A stretch of DNA of 64,000 nt from an uncultured delta proteobacterium (GCA_963783145.1 CAWAMM010000009.1:182381-246380), one strand, 5' to 3'; shown: positions 36,174 to 45,506, numbered from the stretch's first letter. Notes: generated by a model not told the origin, from the sequence alone. Numbers and translations: made by a program.

Positions 36174-38698
36174 CCTCGATCATTATTCATGGCCATTTCT
36201 ATCAGCCGCCGCGCGAAAATCCGTGGACCGGCGCGGTCGACCGCGAGGAAAGCGCGCGGCCTGCGCATGACTGGAACGAACGCATCCATGCGGAATGCTA
36301 TCGCCCCAATGCTTTCGCGCGAATTGTCAATGGCAAGGACCAGATCGAGCACATCGTCAATAACTATGCGAACTTGAGTTTCAACTTCGGGCCGACCCTG
36401 ATGCGATGGCTCGATGCGATACATCCTGAAACCTCGGCGCGCATCGTCGCAGCCGACCAGATTAGCCGCGAGCGTCACCATGGTCACGGTGGCGCGATCG
36501 CGCAGGCCTACAATCATCCGATCCTGCCGCTGTGCAACTCACGCGACATCCGCACGCAGATAAAATGGGGCGTCGCCGACTTCAAGCATCGCTTCGGTCG
36601 CGAACCCGAGGCGATGTGGCTGCCCGAGACCGCGTGCAACGGCGAAGTGATGGGCGCCCTCATTGACGCTCACATGAAGTACGTCATTCTGTCACCGCAT
36701 CAGGCCGAGCGCGTGCGGCCGCTGGACCCCAGCAGCAACGGCGGCGAATGGAAGAACGTCGCCGATGGCAGTATCGATCCGCGCAAGCCGTATCAGTGTT
36801 TTCATCGCGACGGCTCGGGACGTTCGATCGCGGTGTTCTTCTACGATGACGGCATCGCGCGCGGCATCGCATTTGAAAATCTGCTGTGGTCGAGCGAGGT
36901 GCTGCTGGAGCGGTTGGTGCGTGGCGCGGGGGACGCCGGACTGGTGAACGTCGCCACCGACGGCGAGAGCTATGGGCATCATTTCAAGTTTGGCGATCGA
37001 TGCCTCGCATACGCGCTGGAAGTTGAGGCGGCGAAGCGCGGCATCGATGTCACGAATTACGGCGACTATCTTGCGCGCAATCCGCCGCGTGACGCAGTCG
37101 AAATCAAGGCCGGCCCCAACAGCGAAGGCACCGCGTGGAGCTGCGTCCACGGGGTCGGGCGATGGTGCAGGAACTGCGGCTGCAGTACCGGGGGCCAGGC
37201 CGGATGGAACCAGGAGTGGCGAGCGCCATTGCGCGCTGCGTTCGACTTGCTGCGCGACGAATGCGCGATTCGGTTCGAGGAAATCGGCGGCAAGCTGTTT
37301 CGCGATCCATGGAAGGCGCGCGATGACTTCATCGAGGTGATCCTGAATCGCACCGCCGCGCACGATAGCTTTGTCGCCCGCCATGGACGGCACAAACTCG
37401 ATGGCGAGGCGCGTCTGCGCGCGCTCACGCTGCTCGAAATGCAGCGCAACGCGATGCTCATGTATACCAGCTGCGGATGGTTCTTCAACGAGCTGTCAGG
37501 CATCGAGACCGTGCAGACGATGAAGTACGCGGGCCACGCGATGGACCTGCTGGAGAGCCTCGGCGCACCCGCCCCCAGGGAGCGCTTCCTCGCGGTGCTG
37601 GCGGAGGCGAAAAGTAACCTGCCGGAGATGGGCAACGGCGCCGACGTGTTCCGCCGCTTCGTCCCGGCATCGCAAGTGACGCGGAAAAGAATCGCCGCGC
37701 ATGTCGCGATTTCGCGGCTCGCCGATCACCGCGATCGCGAAACCTGGATCGGCGACTACTACTGCCGCGAGGAGGAACTGCGCCACGAGAAGAGCGGGAG
37801 GATCGCGCTATCCACCAGCCGCGTGATGTTGCGCAACTCCATCATCGGGAGGCGCGACGAGTTCGCCTGCGCGGCGCTTCACCTAGGCGGGGTGGATTTC
37901 TATTGCGCGCTCGGGGAGTTCGGCACCCTGGATGAGTTTCGCGCCGCCACCGAAGCGCTGTGGTCAAAATTTCCGGCCGCGCCGCTGCCGGCGATCATTC
38001 GTATTCTGCAGAAAGAATTCGGCCGCGAAGAGTTCAGCCTTGAGGATATTCTTCCGGACGGTCGTCTCGCGATAAGTGAAATGATCTTCAGCGACCTGCT
38101 GGAGGGATTCACCGACGAGTTCGCGCGGCTCTATGAGGAGTACAACCGCGTGGTCGAGATGCTGCAGGCTTCCGGGTTCGAGCCGCCGCCGCAATTTCGT
38201 CAGTTGACGGAATTCACGCTGGGACGCCGATTCGAGCGCGAGATCGCCCGGCAGCAGTGCAGTCACGCTGCGGTCGCTTACGCAGGTGCGGTTGAAATCG
38301 CGAAACTCGCCGCCAAGCGTGGCTATAAGATCGAAAAAAACCGCGCCGATGAAAGTTTCGCGGCGATGATCAACGACGTGGTGAGCAAAGCCGTCGAGCG
38401 ACCCTCGCGAGGCCTCGCCAACACCGCGCTGGAACTTATCGCGCTGTCACGCAAGCTCGATCTCGAACCGAACCTCGAGCCCGCTCAGGAGCGCGTCTAC
38501 GAGGCGCTGCATGCCGGCGTTCGAAATACCGGCCAGCTCGCGCGCCTCGCGGGTGCGCTCGGCATTGCGCATTCGGCGGTGCGGCGCCCCAAGCCTGCGC
38601 TCGCACCGCATGATGGTGCGATTGCGCCTCATGCGCCCTCGGAACCGCAAAGCGGCGCGGCCTCGGCGCGCCGGCCATCGCGGCATCGCCCAGCGTGA
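36170..38698 (+). CDS. Glycoside hydrolase family 57 protein with C-terminal DUF3536-like extension
   Basis: 842 aa. There is a GTGA overlap with the treZ stop. The N-terminus IIIHGHFYQPPRENPW and ..ATDGESYGHH.. are GH57 hallmarks. The long helical C-terminal half fits the DUF3536 architecture from memory. Confidence 0.75.
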   Translation: MTSIIIHGHFYQPPRENPWTGAVDREESARPAHDWNERIHAECYRPNAFARIVNGKDQIEHIVNNYANLSFNFGPTLMRWLDAIHPETSARIVAADQISRERHHGHGGAIAQAYNHPILPLCNSRDIRTQIKWGVADFKHRFGREPEAMWLPETACNGEVMGALIDAHMKYVILSPHQAERVRPLDPSSNGGEWKNVADGSIDPRKPYQCFHRDGSGRSIAVFFYDDGIARGIAFENLLWSSEVLLERLVRGAGDAGLVNVATDGESYGHHFKFGDRCLAYALEVEAAKRGIDVTNYGDYLARNPPRDAVEIKAGPNSEGTAWSCVHGVGRWCRNCGCSTGGQAGWNQEWRAPLRAAFDLLRDECAIRFEEIGGKLFRDPWKARDDFIEVILNRTAAHDSFVARHGRHKLDGEARLRALTLLEMQRNAMLMYTSCGWFFNELSGIETVQTMKYAGHAMDLLESLGAPAPRERFLAVLAEAKSNLPEMGNGADVFRRFVPASQVTRKRIAAHVAISRLADHRDRETWIGDYYCREEELRHEKSGRIALSTSRVMLRNSIIGRRDEFACAALHLGGVDFYCALGEFGTLDEFRAATEALWSKFPAAPLPAIIRILQKEFGREEFSLEDILPDGRLAISEMIFSDLLEGFTDEFARLYEEYNRVVEMLQASGFEPPPQFRQLTEFTLGRRFEREIARQQCSHAAVAYAGAVEIAKLAAKRGYKIEKNRADESFAAMINDVVSKAVERPSRGLANTALELIALSRKLDLEPNLEPAQERVYEALHAGVRNTGQLARLAGALGIAHSAVRRPKPALAPHDGAIAPHAPSEPQSGAASARRPSRHRPA

Positions 38699-38705
38699 AA
38701 GACGG

Positions 38706-38930
38706 CTACTCGCCTTTCATCAATCCGCCCGCCAGCAGCACCACTCCGATCGCGAGCACGCCTCCGCTAAGAATCGGTGGAACCATATGCGTCTGTTGCT
38801 CGTTTTCCTGAAGATGCAACGGACCGACATTCGCCACGTCTTTGGTTTGCTGGGTCGTGAAGAACGGATAGGCGAGCAGAATCAATCCCACGATCGCGAG
38901 GACGGCGCCGAGCGGTATCAATGATTTCAT
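38706..38930 (-). CDS. Small two-TM membrane protein
   Basis: 74 aa. Two hydrophobic helices (LIPLGAVLAIVGLILLAYPF and ILSGGVLAIGVVLLAGGL) flank a polar loop. Confidence 0.5.
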   Translation of the reverse strand: MKSLIPLGAVLAIVGLILLAYPFFTTQQTKDVANVGPLHLQENEQQTHMVPPILSGGVLAIGVVLLAGGLMKGE

Positions 38931-38939
38931 GGTTGATAC

Positions 38940-39092
38940 CTAGATGCGGCCGGCCAGAAGCAAAACCAGCAGGATTACTACCAACAGGCCCGCACCGCCG
39001 CTTGGATAGTATCCCCAGCCCGCGCTGTACGGATAAATCGGGAGTGCGCCAATCAGCAGCAAAACCAGAACAACGAGAAGGATAGTAGGCAT
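38940..39092 (-). CDS. DUF3309-like small membrane protein (50 aa, not in the ORF track)
   Basis: The reverse strand reads ATG CCT ACT ATC ... and encodes MPTILLVVLVLLLIGALPIYPYSAGWGYYPSGGAGLLVVILLVLLLAGRI-stop. SD GGAG lies 7 nt upstream. The P.YPYS.GWGYYPSGG core matches DUF3309 as I recall it. Confidence 0.6.
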   Translation of the reverse strand: MPTILLVVLVLLLIGALPIYPYSAGWGYYPSGGAGLLVVILLVLLLAGRI

Positions 39093-39213
39093 AGGTGTCT
39101 CCAGGTTCAGGTAGAAGATGAGCCGGTTGTGCGAATGGCTCCGGTTATTCAGACGACGAAATGCGTCGATAAATTCGACGCCGCTCGCCCGAGTCCCCGA
39201 CCCGCTCGACTGA

Positions 39214-40254
39214 CTATTCCAAAGCGGCGGGCAGCGAGTCGTGAAAGATCAGCAGCTGACCATTGTGCGGATCGCAAACGTAGGCATTGTTAATGTCGTC
39301 GGCAGTGACACAATGACCACCCTTCGCGGTTGGGACCGTCGCGAGAACGCTTGGCTTTCCGCTCGGTGAAATGCCGACGACGGCCATCGTCGCGCTGGCC
39401 GCGCCAGGCACATAAGCATGATGCAGCGCCGGTGCGTATGCGATTATATCGACCCCTTCGCCGGCACTGACTTCGCCCAGCGGACGCCCGTCGAGGTTGA
39501 GCGATTCCAGCTTGCCCACCTTGCAGCCCACGAAAAGGAATCCTCGCGCGCTGTCGAGCGCAAGGCCCCGCGAGCCGCGACAACCATTTTTCCAATGCGT
39601 GATGACCGCGCGCTTTTTGAGATCGATCACGACGGTCGAGTCGCTCCACAAGTTCGCATACGCACGTCCGCGCGTGACGTCGATCAGCAATGATTCCGGG
39701 CCGTTGGCGATCTTGATGACGGCGGCATGGTTGGGTTGCGGGAGGCCATGTTCCGCTAGCGAAAAGATTTCGATCTGCGATAAGTGCGGCTCGGTGACCC
39801 AGACCTCGTTGGTCGGGGCGACAAAGCGAACATAGTCGGGACCCGAGGCAAGCGGCGTTTTCGCCAGGATGGTTTGCGTCCCGGGATCGATCACATCGAG
39901 CGTCTTCTCACCTCGGTCCGCGGTAAAGATCGCGCCGCGCCCAAAGCTCGCCGAGGTGACTCCCTGCCCATGCGCTCCAGGGGTAGCGCCCTGCGAGGTG
40001 AATCCGCTGATTTCTTCCATTTTGTGCGAGCCAGGATCGATCAGCATCAGCTTACCGAGACCGCCGGTTCCGACCATCAACTTCCCCAACTCGCGCGAGA
40101 ATTCCAAATCATCGAAGCCGATTGCTTTGGTATCGCTCGATATCACGAGGGGGGTGGTGGTTAGCGCCGGCCCCGCATGCGCAGTGGCCGCGAATAATGA
40201 ATAGCCGGTCAAACAAACTATCGCGAACCATCGGGCCCGGCGGCGATTAGTCAT
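39214..40254 (-). CDS. Secreted beta-propeller-like protein (YncE/YVTN-like, family uncertain)
   Basis: Start at ATG 40254 (MTNRRRARWFAIVCLTGYSLFAATAHA, a signal peptide), overlapping the sulfatase stop by 8 nt. Repetitive beta-strand-rich sequence. Confidence 0.45.
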   Translation of the reverse strand: MTNRRRARWFAIVCLTGYSLFAATAHAGPALTTTPLVISSDTKAIGFDDLEFSRELGKLMVGTGGLGKLMLIDPGSHKMEEISGFTSQGATPGAHGQGVTSASFGRGAIFTADRGEKTLDVIDPGTQTILAKTPLASGPDYVRFVAPTNEVWVTEPHLSQIEIFSLAEHGLPQPNHAAVIKIANGPESLLIDVTRGRAYANLWSDSTVVIDLKKRAVITHWKNGCRGSRGLALDSARGFLFVGCKVGKLESLNLDGRPLGEVSAGEGVDIIAYAPALHHAYVPGAASATMAVVGISPSGKPSVLATVPTAKGGHCVTADDINNAYVCDPHNGQLLIFHDSLPAALE

Positions 40255-41626
40255 TGATGGTACGGCGCTCAAGCTCCACCTCCTCAAACCATGCCGCGAG
40301 TTGATTGGTCATGCGCGCGACGCGCTCGGGATATTGCTCGGCGAGGTTAATTCGTTCGAGCGGATCGCTACTCAGATTGAACAGCTGGGGTTCCGGCACC
40401 GAGTAAGATGATCGCAGAGGCGCCGGCGAACTGATGATCTCACGATATTTTTGCGGATTGTATTTTGCGTCGACATCCATCGCGAGGTCGTCGCGGCTGA
40501 CCTCCATCAGTTCGCTGATCGCGGGCCGCACCAGCTTCCAGTTTCCGTCGCGCATCGCCGCATTGCACTCACCAACCGGCGTGTAGCGATTCCATTGCCA
40601 GAAGCGCGTCGGATTTACCTCGCGACGGTCGCCTTGAAGGAGCGGTGCGAGGTCGACGCCATCGATGCGCAGGTCGTCGGCAAGCTTTCCTCCCGCGAGT
40701 CCCACCAGCGTCGGCAGCCAATCGGTAAGATGCACCATGTCGTGGAGTTGGCGACGACCCTCCAGGCCGGCGGGCCATCGCATCACCATCGGCAGCCGGA
40801 TGCCGCCCTCGTAGACCAGCAATTTGGATCCCGCGAACCCGCAGTTGAATCTGTCACTGCACATTTCGCCCTTGCCGCCGAATTGCGGACCGTTGTCGCT
40901 GGTGAAAAGCACGATGGTGTTCTCAGCGATGCCGCCGCGATCAAGTTCTTCGAGCACGCGCCCGATTCCGCGATCCATGCATCGAATCATCGCGTAGATA
41001 CGGCGTACCGCCTGCGTGAAATTTGAATCGTCGAACAGTGCGAGGTCGTCGTCGGGCGCTTCGTACGGATAATGCGGCGCGTTGTAGGCCAGATAGAGAA
41101 AAAACTTTTCGCTGCGATGGCGCCGGACAAATTCGATCGCCTCGTCGGTGAAAACCTCGGTGAGGTAGCGGCCATCTCCGCGCGAGAGCGCGCCATTGCG
41201 ATCGAGCTGCCATTTCCAATACGGTTGCCATCCCCCGCAAAATCCCGCGAACTCCTCGAAGCCGCGTCGATTCGGATGATAACGATTGTCGTACGCGCCG
41301 TTGTGCCATTTGCCGATCAGGCCGGTGACGTAACCGGCCTGCCGCACGAGATCGGCGAGCGTCCGCTCGCGCAGCGCCAGCCGATCGAGGCCGCGCGTTT
41401 CCAGTGTGTCGACGACTCCGGTGCGATGCGGATAGCGTCCGGTCAGCAGCGACGCGCGCGCGGGTGCGCATACCGGCGACGCCGAGTAGTGCTGCGTCAG
41501 ACAGAGACCCTCGCCGATGAGTTGATCGAGGACGGTCGTTTTCGAGGCGCCATAATTGAAGCAGCCGAAATCGCCGTAACCCATATCGTCGGCCACGATC
41601 AGCACAATGTTGGGTCGATTGGGCAT
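40247..41626 (-). CDS. Arylsulfatase (formylglycine-dependent sulfatase family)
   Basis: ATG 41626 (MPNRPNIVLIVADDMGYGDFG). The Cys-type FGly motif is SPVCAPARASLLTGR. Sulfatase-like throughout. Confidence 0.85.
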   Translation of the reverse strand: MPNRPNIVLIVADDMGYGDFGCFNYGASKTTVLDQLIGEGLCLTQHYSASPVCAPARASLLTGRYPHRTGVVDTLETRGLDRLALRERTLADLVRQAGYVTGLIGKWHNGAYDNRYHPNRRGFEEFAGFCGGWQPYWKWQLDRNGALSRGDGRYLTEVFTDEAIEFVRRHRSEKFFLYLAYNAPHYPYEAPDDDLALFDDSNFTQAVRRIYAMIRCMDRGIGRVLEELDRGGIAENTIVLFTSDNGPQFGGKGEMCSDRFNCGFAGSKLLVYEGGIRLPMVMRWPAGLEGRRQLHDMVHLTDWLPTLVGLAGGKLADDLRIDGVDLAPLLQGDRREVNPTRFWQWNRYTPVGECNAAMRDGNWKLVRPAISELMEVSRDDLAMDVDAKYNPQKYREIISSPAPLRSSYSVPEPQLFNLSSDPLERINLAEQYPERVARMTNQLAAWFEEVELERRTIND

Positions 41627-41700
41627 CCGCACAGTATACCCGCCGTGAGTTCATCCGTTGAGCGTCGAAGCTGCTCCGTGCTAGCGATCGCATAGGTTCA

Positions 41701-42903
41701 ATGCCGGCAGATCCAACCACCAATAAAGGTCCGTTGAGCGGATATCGGATTATCGACGTCACGCAAATGCTGTCGGGTCCGATGGCGACGATGATCCTCG
41801 GCGACCAGGGTGCGGACGTCATCAAGATCGAACCTCCGGGGGTTGGCGATCTCACGCGCGCGATGGGCGCGAACAAGCGCGGGATTCCGCCGACCTTCGC
41901 GGTCATCAATCGCAACAAGCGATCGATCGCGATCGATTTCAAGGACCATCGCGGACTTGGAGTTTTGAAGCATCTGGTCGCCGGGGCCGATGTCTTCGTG
42001 CAGAATTTCCGGCCCGGGCGCGCCGAGAGAATGGGCCTCGGCGAGCACGAGCTGCGACGCATCAAATCGGATCTCATCTACGTTTCCATCAGCGGTTTCG
42101 GTGAAAAAGGGCCGTACGTCGAGAGGCGCGTCTACGATCCGGTGATCCAGGCCTTGTCGGGGCTCGCTGCGATCCAGGCCGACTACAAAACCGGGAGGCC
42201 GCAAATGATGCGCCTCATCATTCCCGACAAAGTTACCGCGCTGACCGCGGCGCAGGCGATCACCGCGGCGCTGCTCGCGCGCGAACGCACCGGCGAGGGC
42301 CAGCACGTGAAGCTCGCGATGCTGGATGCGGTCATCGCGTTTCTGTGGCCCGAGGGAATGGCGAATCACACTTTCATCTCCTCCAATGCGACACCGGCGC
42401 GCGCAGGTTCGCGCGATCTAATTTTCGAAACCGCCGATGGTTACATCACAGCCGGTGCGAATTCGAATGCCGAATGGCGCGGGCTCGCGACGGCGCTCGG
42501 TCGTCCTGAATGGATCGACGATCCACGTTTCAATACCGTTGCCGCGCGCATCCGCAATGTGGCCGAGCGTCTCGAATTGACCGCGGAAATCCTTGCGACG
42601 AAAACCTCGGCTGAATGGCTGGCGGTCCTCGCAGCCAACGACGTGCCCTCCGCGCCGGTGCTCAGCCGCGAGGAAGTGCTGCGCGATGCGCAAGTGGCGG
42701 CGAATGAATTGATCGTCGAATCGGAGCATCCGCACGCAGGTGCGATGCGTCAGCCGCGCCCGGCCGCGCGCTTCGAGGCCACGCCTGCCGGACTGCATCG
42801 CCCCGCGCCGCTGCTCGGTGAACATACCGATGAGATTCTGCGCGAACTGGGAGTTACCAACGACGCAGCCGCGGACCTCCGCGCGTCAGGCGTCGTCGCT
42901 TAG
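41701..42903 (+). CDS. Family III CoA-transferase (CaiB/BaiF)
   Basis: 400 aa. LSGYRIIDVTQMLSGPMATMILGDQGADVIKIEPPGVGD is the typical N-terminus. Confidence 0.85.
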   Translation: MPADPTTNKGPLSGYRIIDVTQMLSGPMATMILGDQGADVIKIEPPGVGDLTRAMGANKRGIPPTFAVINRNKRSIAIDFKDHRGLGVLKHLVAGADVFVQNFRPGRAERMGLGEHELRRIKSDLIYVSISGFGEKGPYVERRVYDPVIQALSGLAAIQADYKTGRPQMMRLIIPDKVTALTAAQAITAALLARERTGEGQHVKLAMLDAVIAFLWPEGMANHTFISSNATPARAGSRDLIFETADGYITAGANSNAEWRGLATALGRPEWIDDPRFNTVAARIRNVAERLELTAEILATKTSAEWLAVLAANDVPSAPVLSREEVLRDAQVAANELIVESEHPHAGAMRQPRPAARFEATPAGLHRPAPLLGEHTDEILRELGVTNDAAADLRASGVVA

Positions 42904-43517
42904 TCTCGGCCTCTCCACCAATTCCAGAATCGCCGGCGCGGTTTTGGATGATTGGGATTGGGATGATTGGGATTCGGATGGTTCGGATTCGGGGCCATCA
43001 GATTCAGCTGGCGGCGGGTTTCCTGGCGTTGCTCGGGCGTCATTTGCTGCCAGCGGTGATAGTTATTGAGCACGCGCTGACGCTGCTCGGGTGGCAGTTG
43101 CTCGAAACGCTGGTAGCGCCGCATGATCTGTTCGCGTCGCTCCGGCGGTAGCTGGCGGAATCGGCCGTAAGCCTGGCGCAGTTGCTGACGCTGCGCCTCG
43201 GGAAGACTTCGCCATCGACGCAGCGATTCGAGCGCCTGCTGGCGCTCCTGCTGCGGCAATTGACGAAACTCCTGGAAGTTTCGCTGCGCCGTACCGCGCT
43301 CCTCGGGGGTCATGGATTGCCACTTCCGATAATTCTGCAAAACCCTCTCGCGCTGATCGGGCGTGAGTTGCGACCACTGGTCGGAATGCTGCTGGACGAA
43401 CGCCTGTTCCGCCGCGTTGCCCGGAATTCCGGGGCCGAACGATTGCGCGCGTGCGAGGGGCGCGGAGACACCCAACGCGATGAGGAGCACGACGATCGCG
43501 ATCGCACGTCGCATCAT
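42900..43517 (-). CDS. DUF3106-like periplasmic repeat protein (last gene of ECF sigma operon)
   Basis: 205 aa with a signal peptide. Repeats of (L/M)(T/P)PE(Q/E)R..(Y/F).(R/K)(W/F) occur, e.g. WSQLTPDQRERVLQNYRKWQSMTPEERGTAQRNFQEFRQLPQQER. Its stop shares TTAG with the convergent CaiB stop. Confidence 0.65.
   Translation of the reverse strand: MMRRAIAIVVLLIALGVSAPLARAQSFGPGIPGNAAEQAFVQQHSDQWSQLTPDQRERVLQNYRKWQSMTPEERGTAQRNFQEFRQLPQQERQQALESLRRWRSLPEAQRQQLRQAYGRFRQLPPERREQIMRRYQRFEQLPPEQRQRVLNNYHRWQQMTPEQRQETRRQLNLMAPNPNHPNPNHPNPNHPKPRRRFWNWWRGRD
42944..42993 (-). repeat. 15-nt in-frame tandem repeat encoding (NPNHP)x3
   Basis: The plus strand reads ...ggatgattgggattgggatgattgggattcggatggttcggattcgg... 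On the minus strand this encodes APNPNHPNPNHPNPNHPKP near the C-terminus of the DUF3106-like protein. Confidence 0.8.
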
Positions 43518-43834
43518 TGTTGTGCCCCCAGGCTTTGCTGCGCGGAACGCTTTGGCGCGTCATTGGCGGGTTCAGGACCATCGTCATCAGGGAGGGGATC
43601 GTCGGAGCTGAGATACCCCATCGCTCTAAGCGCGCGCAGTTGTTCGAGCGTTGACCCGCCGCCGCTCGTCGATTGGCCTGGCTGCTGGCCGCCGGGTTGC
43701 GCGGTGAACAAATCGAGGTTCAGTAACATCCTCGGAGAGGGCGTTTGATCCTGAGCCTCGGACGTGCGGCTACTGATCAGAAGGATCGTGGCCGCGAGGA
43801 GAATCGTCGTAATCAAGTTACGACCGCGTGTCAT
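43514..43834 (-). CDS. Small secreted/anchored acidic protein of ECF operon
   Basis: 106 aa. N-terminal hydrophobic anchor LITTILLAATILLISS, then a low-complexity Gln/Gly/Asp/Pro-rich part. It overlaps both neighbouring genes. Confidence 0.5.
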   Translation of the reverse strand: MTRGRNLITTILLAATILLISSRTSEAQDQTPSPRMLLNLDLFTAQPGGQQPGQSTSGGGSTLEQLRALRAMGYLSSDDPLPDDDGPEPANDAPKRSAQQSLGAQQ

Positions 43835-44342
43835 GGTTGTGTTCAGCGGCCGGTATCTGGTCGAGGTGTTCGATGACGTCGTAGTTTTCCAGCAGGTCGA
43901 GATGCTCGACCACCGGGTAGTCGCGAAGCAGGCCCACGTCGACCGGCTCAGCCGGCTGCTCCAGCGCGAGCTGATCCACTCCGGGCGTCACGCCTGGCGC
44001 CGACGGCCGCATCGATAGCGCGAGGATCAGCGCCGCAATCCCCACACCCGCGGTTGCGAGCGCGGCCCAGACCACGCCTGGCCGCCACCAGCGCAATCGG
44101 GGCTCGGTGCGCTGCGCTAGTTTGATTCGCAGCTCGCGTCGATACGCGCTCCATTCGGGGGTCGGCAATTGCTCGATTCGCGCGGAAACGCGCTGCATCG
44201 TCGCTGCCAGGCCATCCATCGATTCACGGCACTGTCCGCATCCATCGAAATGATGCTGCACGCGGTCCCGCTCGGCGGTGTTCAACTCACCGCGAACAAA
44301 TGGAACCAGGTCAGTTTCCGGATGCGTGGCCGGCATAGTCAA
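43818..44342 (-). CDS. Anti-sigma factor (zf-HC2 type, single TM)
   Basis: The H-x3-C-x2-C motif (HHFDGCGQCRE) is present, with a central TM helix (VWAALATAGVGIAALILAL). There is a 4-nt overlap with the sigma factor gene. Confidence 0.75.
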   Translation of the reverse strand: MTMPATHPETDLVPFVRGELNTAERDRVQHHFDGCGQCRESMDGLAATMQRVSARIEQLPTPEWSAYRRELRIKLAQRTEPRLRWWRPGVVWAALATAGVGIAALILALSMRPSAPGVTPGVDQLALEQPAEPVDVGLLRDYPVVEHLDLLENYDVIEHLDQIPAAEHNHDTRS

Positions 44343-44908
44343 TCATCCTTCAGTATCTTCTTTAATTGCGTGAGTCCTCGATGGATATGTACCCGCGCGG
44401 TGTTTTCCGAGCACTTGAGGACTTGGGCAATTTCGCGGCTCGACAGACCCTCCTGCGCTTGCAGCAACACCGCGACTCGCTGATTCGGTGACAGATGTTC
44501 GAGCGCTTCGCCCAGCTTGACGGTCGATTGAACCAGCATCGCGGCGACCTCGGGACTCGGCTCCGGCGAAGCGGGATTGATCGCGGGCGCATCGGGATCA
44601 TCGGCCGGACCCGAAAGCGGGACCAGCCTCCGCCACCATTTGTCGCGCCGCTTGTGATCGATGCACAGGTTGACCAGCACTCGATAGAACCAGGTCGAGA
44701 AGCGCGAGCGCCCATCGAATCGGTTGGCGGATTCATAGAGCCGGATGAAGGCGTCTTGCGAGACGTCGCGCGCGTCGGATTCGCTGCCGAGGATCGAGCA
44801 GGCGAGCCGGTAGGCGCGCGCCTGATGACGCTCGACCAAAAGCTCGAACGCCTGTGCGTCGCCTTTTGCGACATTCTGGCACAATTCCTCATCCGACAGC
44901 TCCGGCAA
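44339..44908 (-). CDS. ECF-type RNA polymerase sigma-70 factor
   Basis: 189 aa. Region 2 (ARDVSQDAFIRLY..FSTWFYRVLVNLCIDHKRR) and region 4 (LSSREIAQVLKCSENTARVHIHRGLTQLK) are both present. Confidence 0.9.
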   Translation of the reverse strand: MPELSDEELCQNVAKGDAQAFELLVERHQARAYRLACSILGSESDARDVSQDAFIRLYESANRFDGRSRFSTWFYRVLVNLCIDHKRRDKWWRRLVPLSGPADDPDAPAINPASPEPSPEVAAMLVQSTVKLGEALEHLSPNQRVAVLLQAQEGLSSREIAQVLKCSENTARVHIHRGLTQLKKILKDD

Positions 44909-45166
44909 AACCGATCCGCTCCCTTACGGATTCGGCCGTGTATCCCACTTTTCCGGGGCGAAGCGGGAGCGAAAATCGCACCGGCCGTGAGCACGATGCT
45001 ATCCTCCGCGACCCCTAGGACGAAACCACGGCGCGATTCGTTTACTAACAAACTTAAGATTTTTTATCGCGCATCCTTCTGCGCCAATCGCGGCTCTTTG
45101 GTCCTCCTGTCGATGTAAACGGATCGATTCTTTTGCGCGTCTAACGCACCGAAGCAGGAGCATCGG

Positions 45167-45454
45167 ATGAAGCATCAGAAGCCGAACTTCCTCACCAGTT
45201 GTGCGGTCGCCGCGCTCGCGATTGCCACGATGGCTGGATGCGCCGCCTATGATCCCCAAGGCAGCGCGCAGCAATACGCACCGAGCTACTACAACGCCCC
45301 GTATAGTTCGCTCAGCGCGGAGCAGAAGATGCAGCTCGAAGATCACCTGGCAAATCAGAGCAACCAGGCGTGGCGGACCACTGCCAGCGTCGCCTCTGGC
45401 CTCGGCCATCTCGCCGGCGGCACCGGAATCCTGCTGTGGGCGGCGCGCCATTGA
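45167..45454 (+). CDS. Small lipoprotein
   Basis: 95 aa. The signal has lipobox ATMAGC. I recognise no family. Confidence 0.5.
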   Translation: MKHQKPNFLTSCAVAALAIATMAGCAAYDPQGSAQQYAPSYYNAPYSSLSAEQKMQLEDHLANQSNQAWRTTASVASGLGHLAGGTGILLWAARH

Positions 45455-45506
45455 CAGCTTCGAAACCCTATCAACCCGACCAGAATTCTTATTCGGGAGG
45501 ACCATC

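Noticed and set aside
40941-42077. 378-aa minus-strand ORF spanning the sulfatase 5' region, the intergenic region and the CaiB 5' region
   Set aside because: It crosses a divergent promoter region and overlaps two solid genes. The sequence is Arg/Ser/Ala-rich with no motifs.
42944-42993. Short tandem gattggg/gattcgg repeats considered as a microsatellite or mini-CRISPR-like array
   Set aside because: The period is 15 nt with no spacers. It lies in frame inside the DUF3106-like gene and encodes NPNHP repeats.
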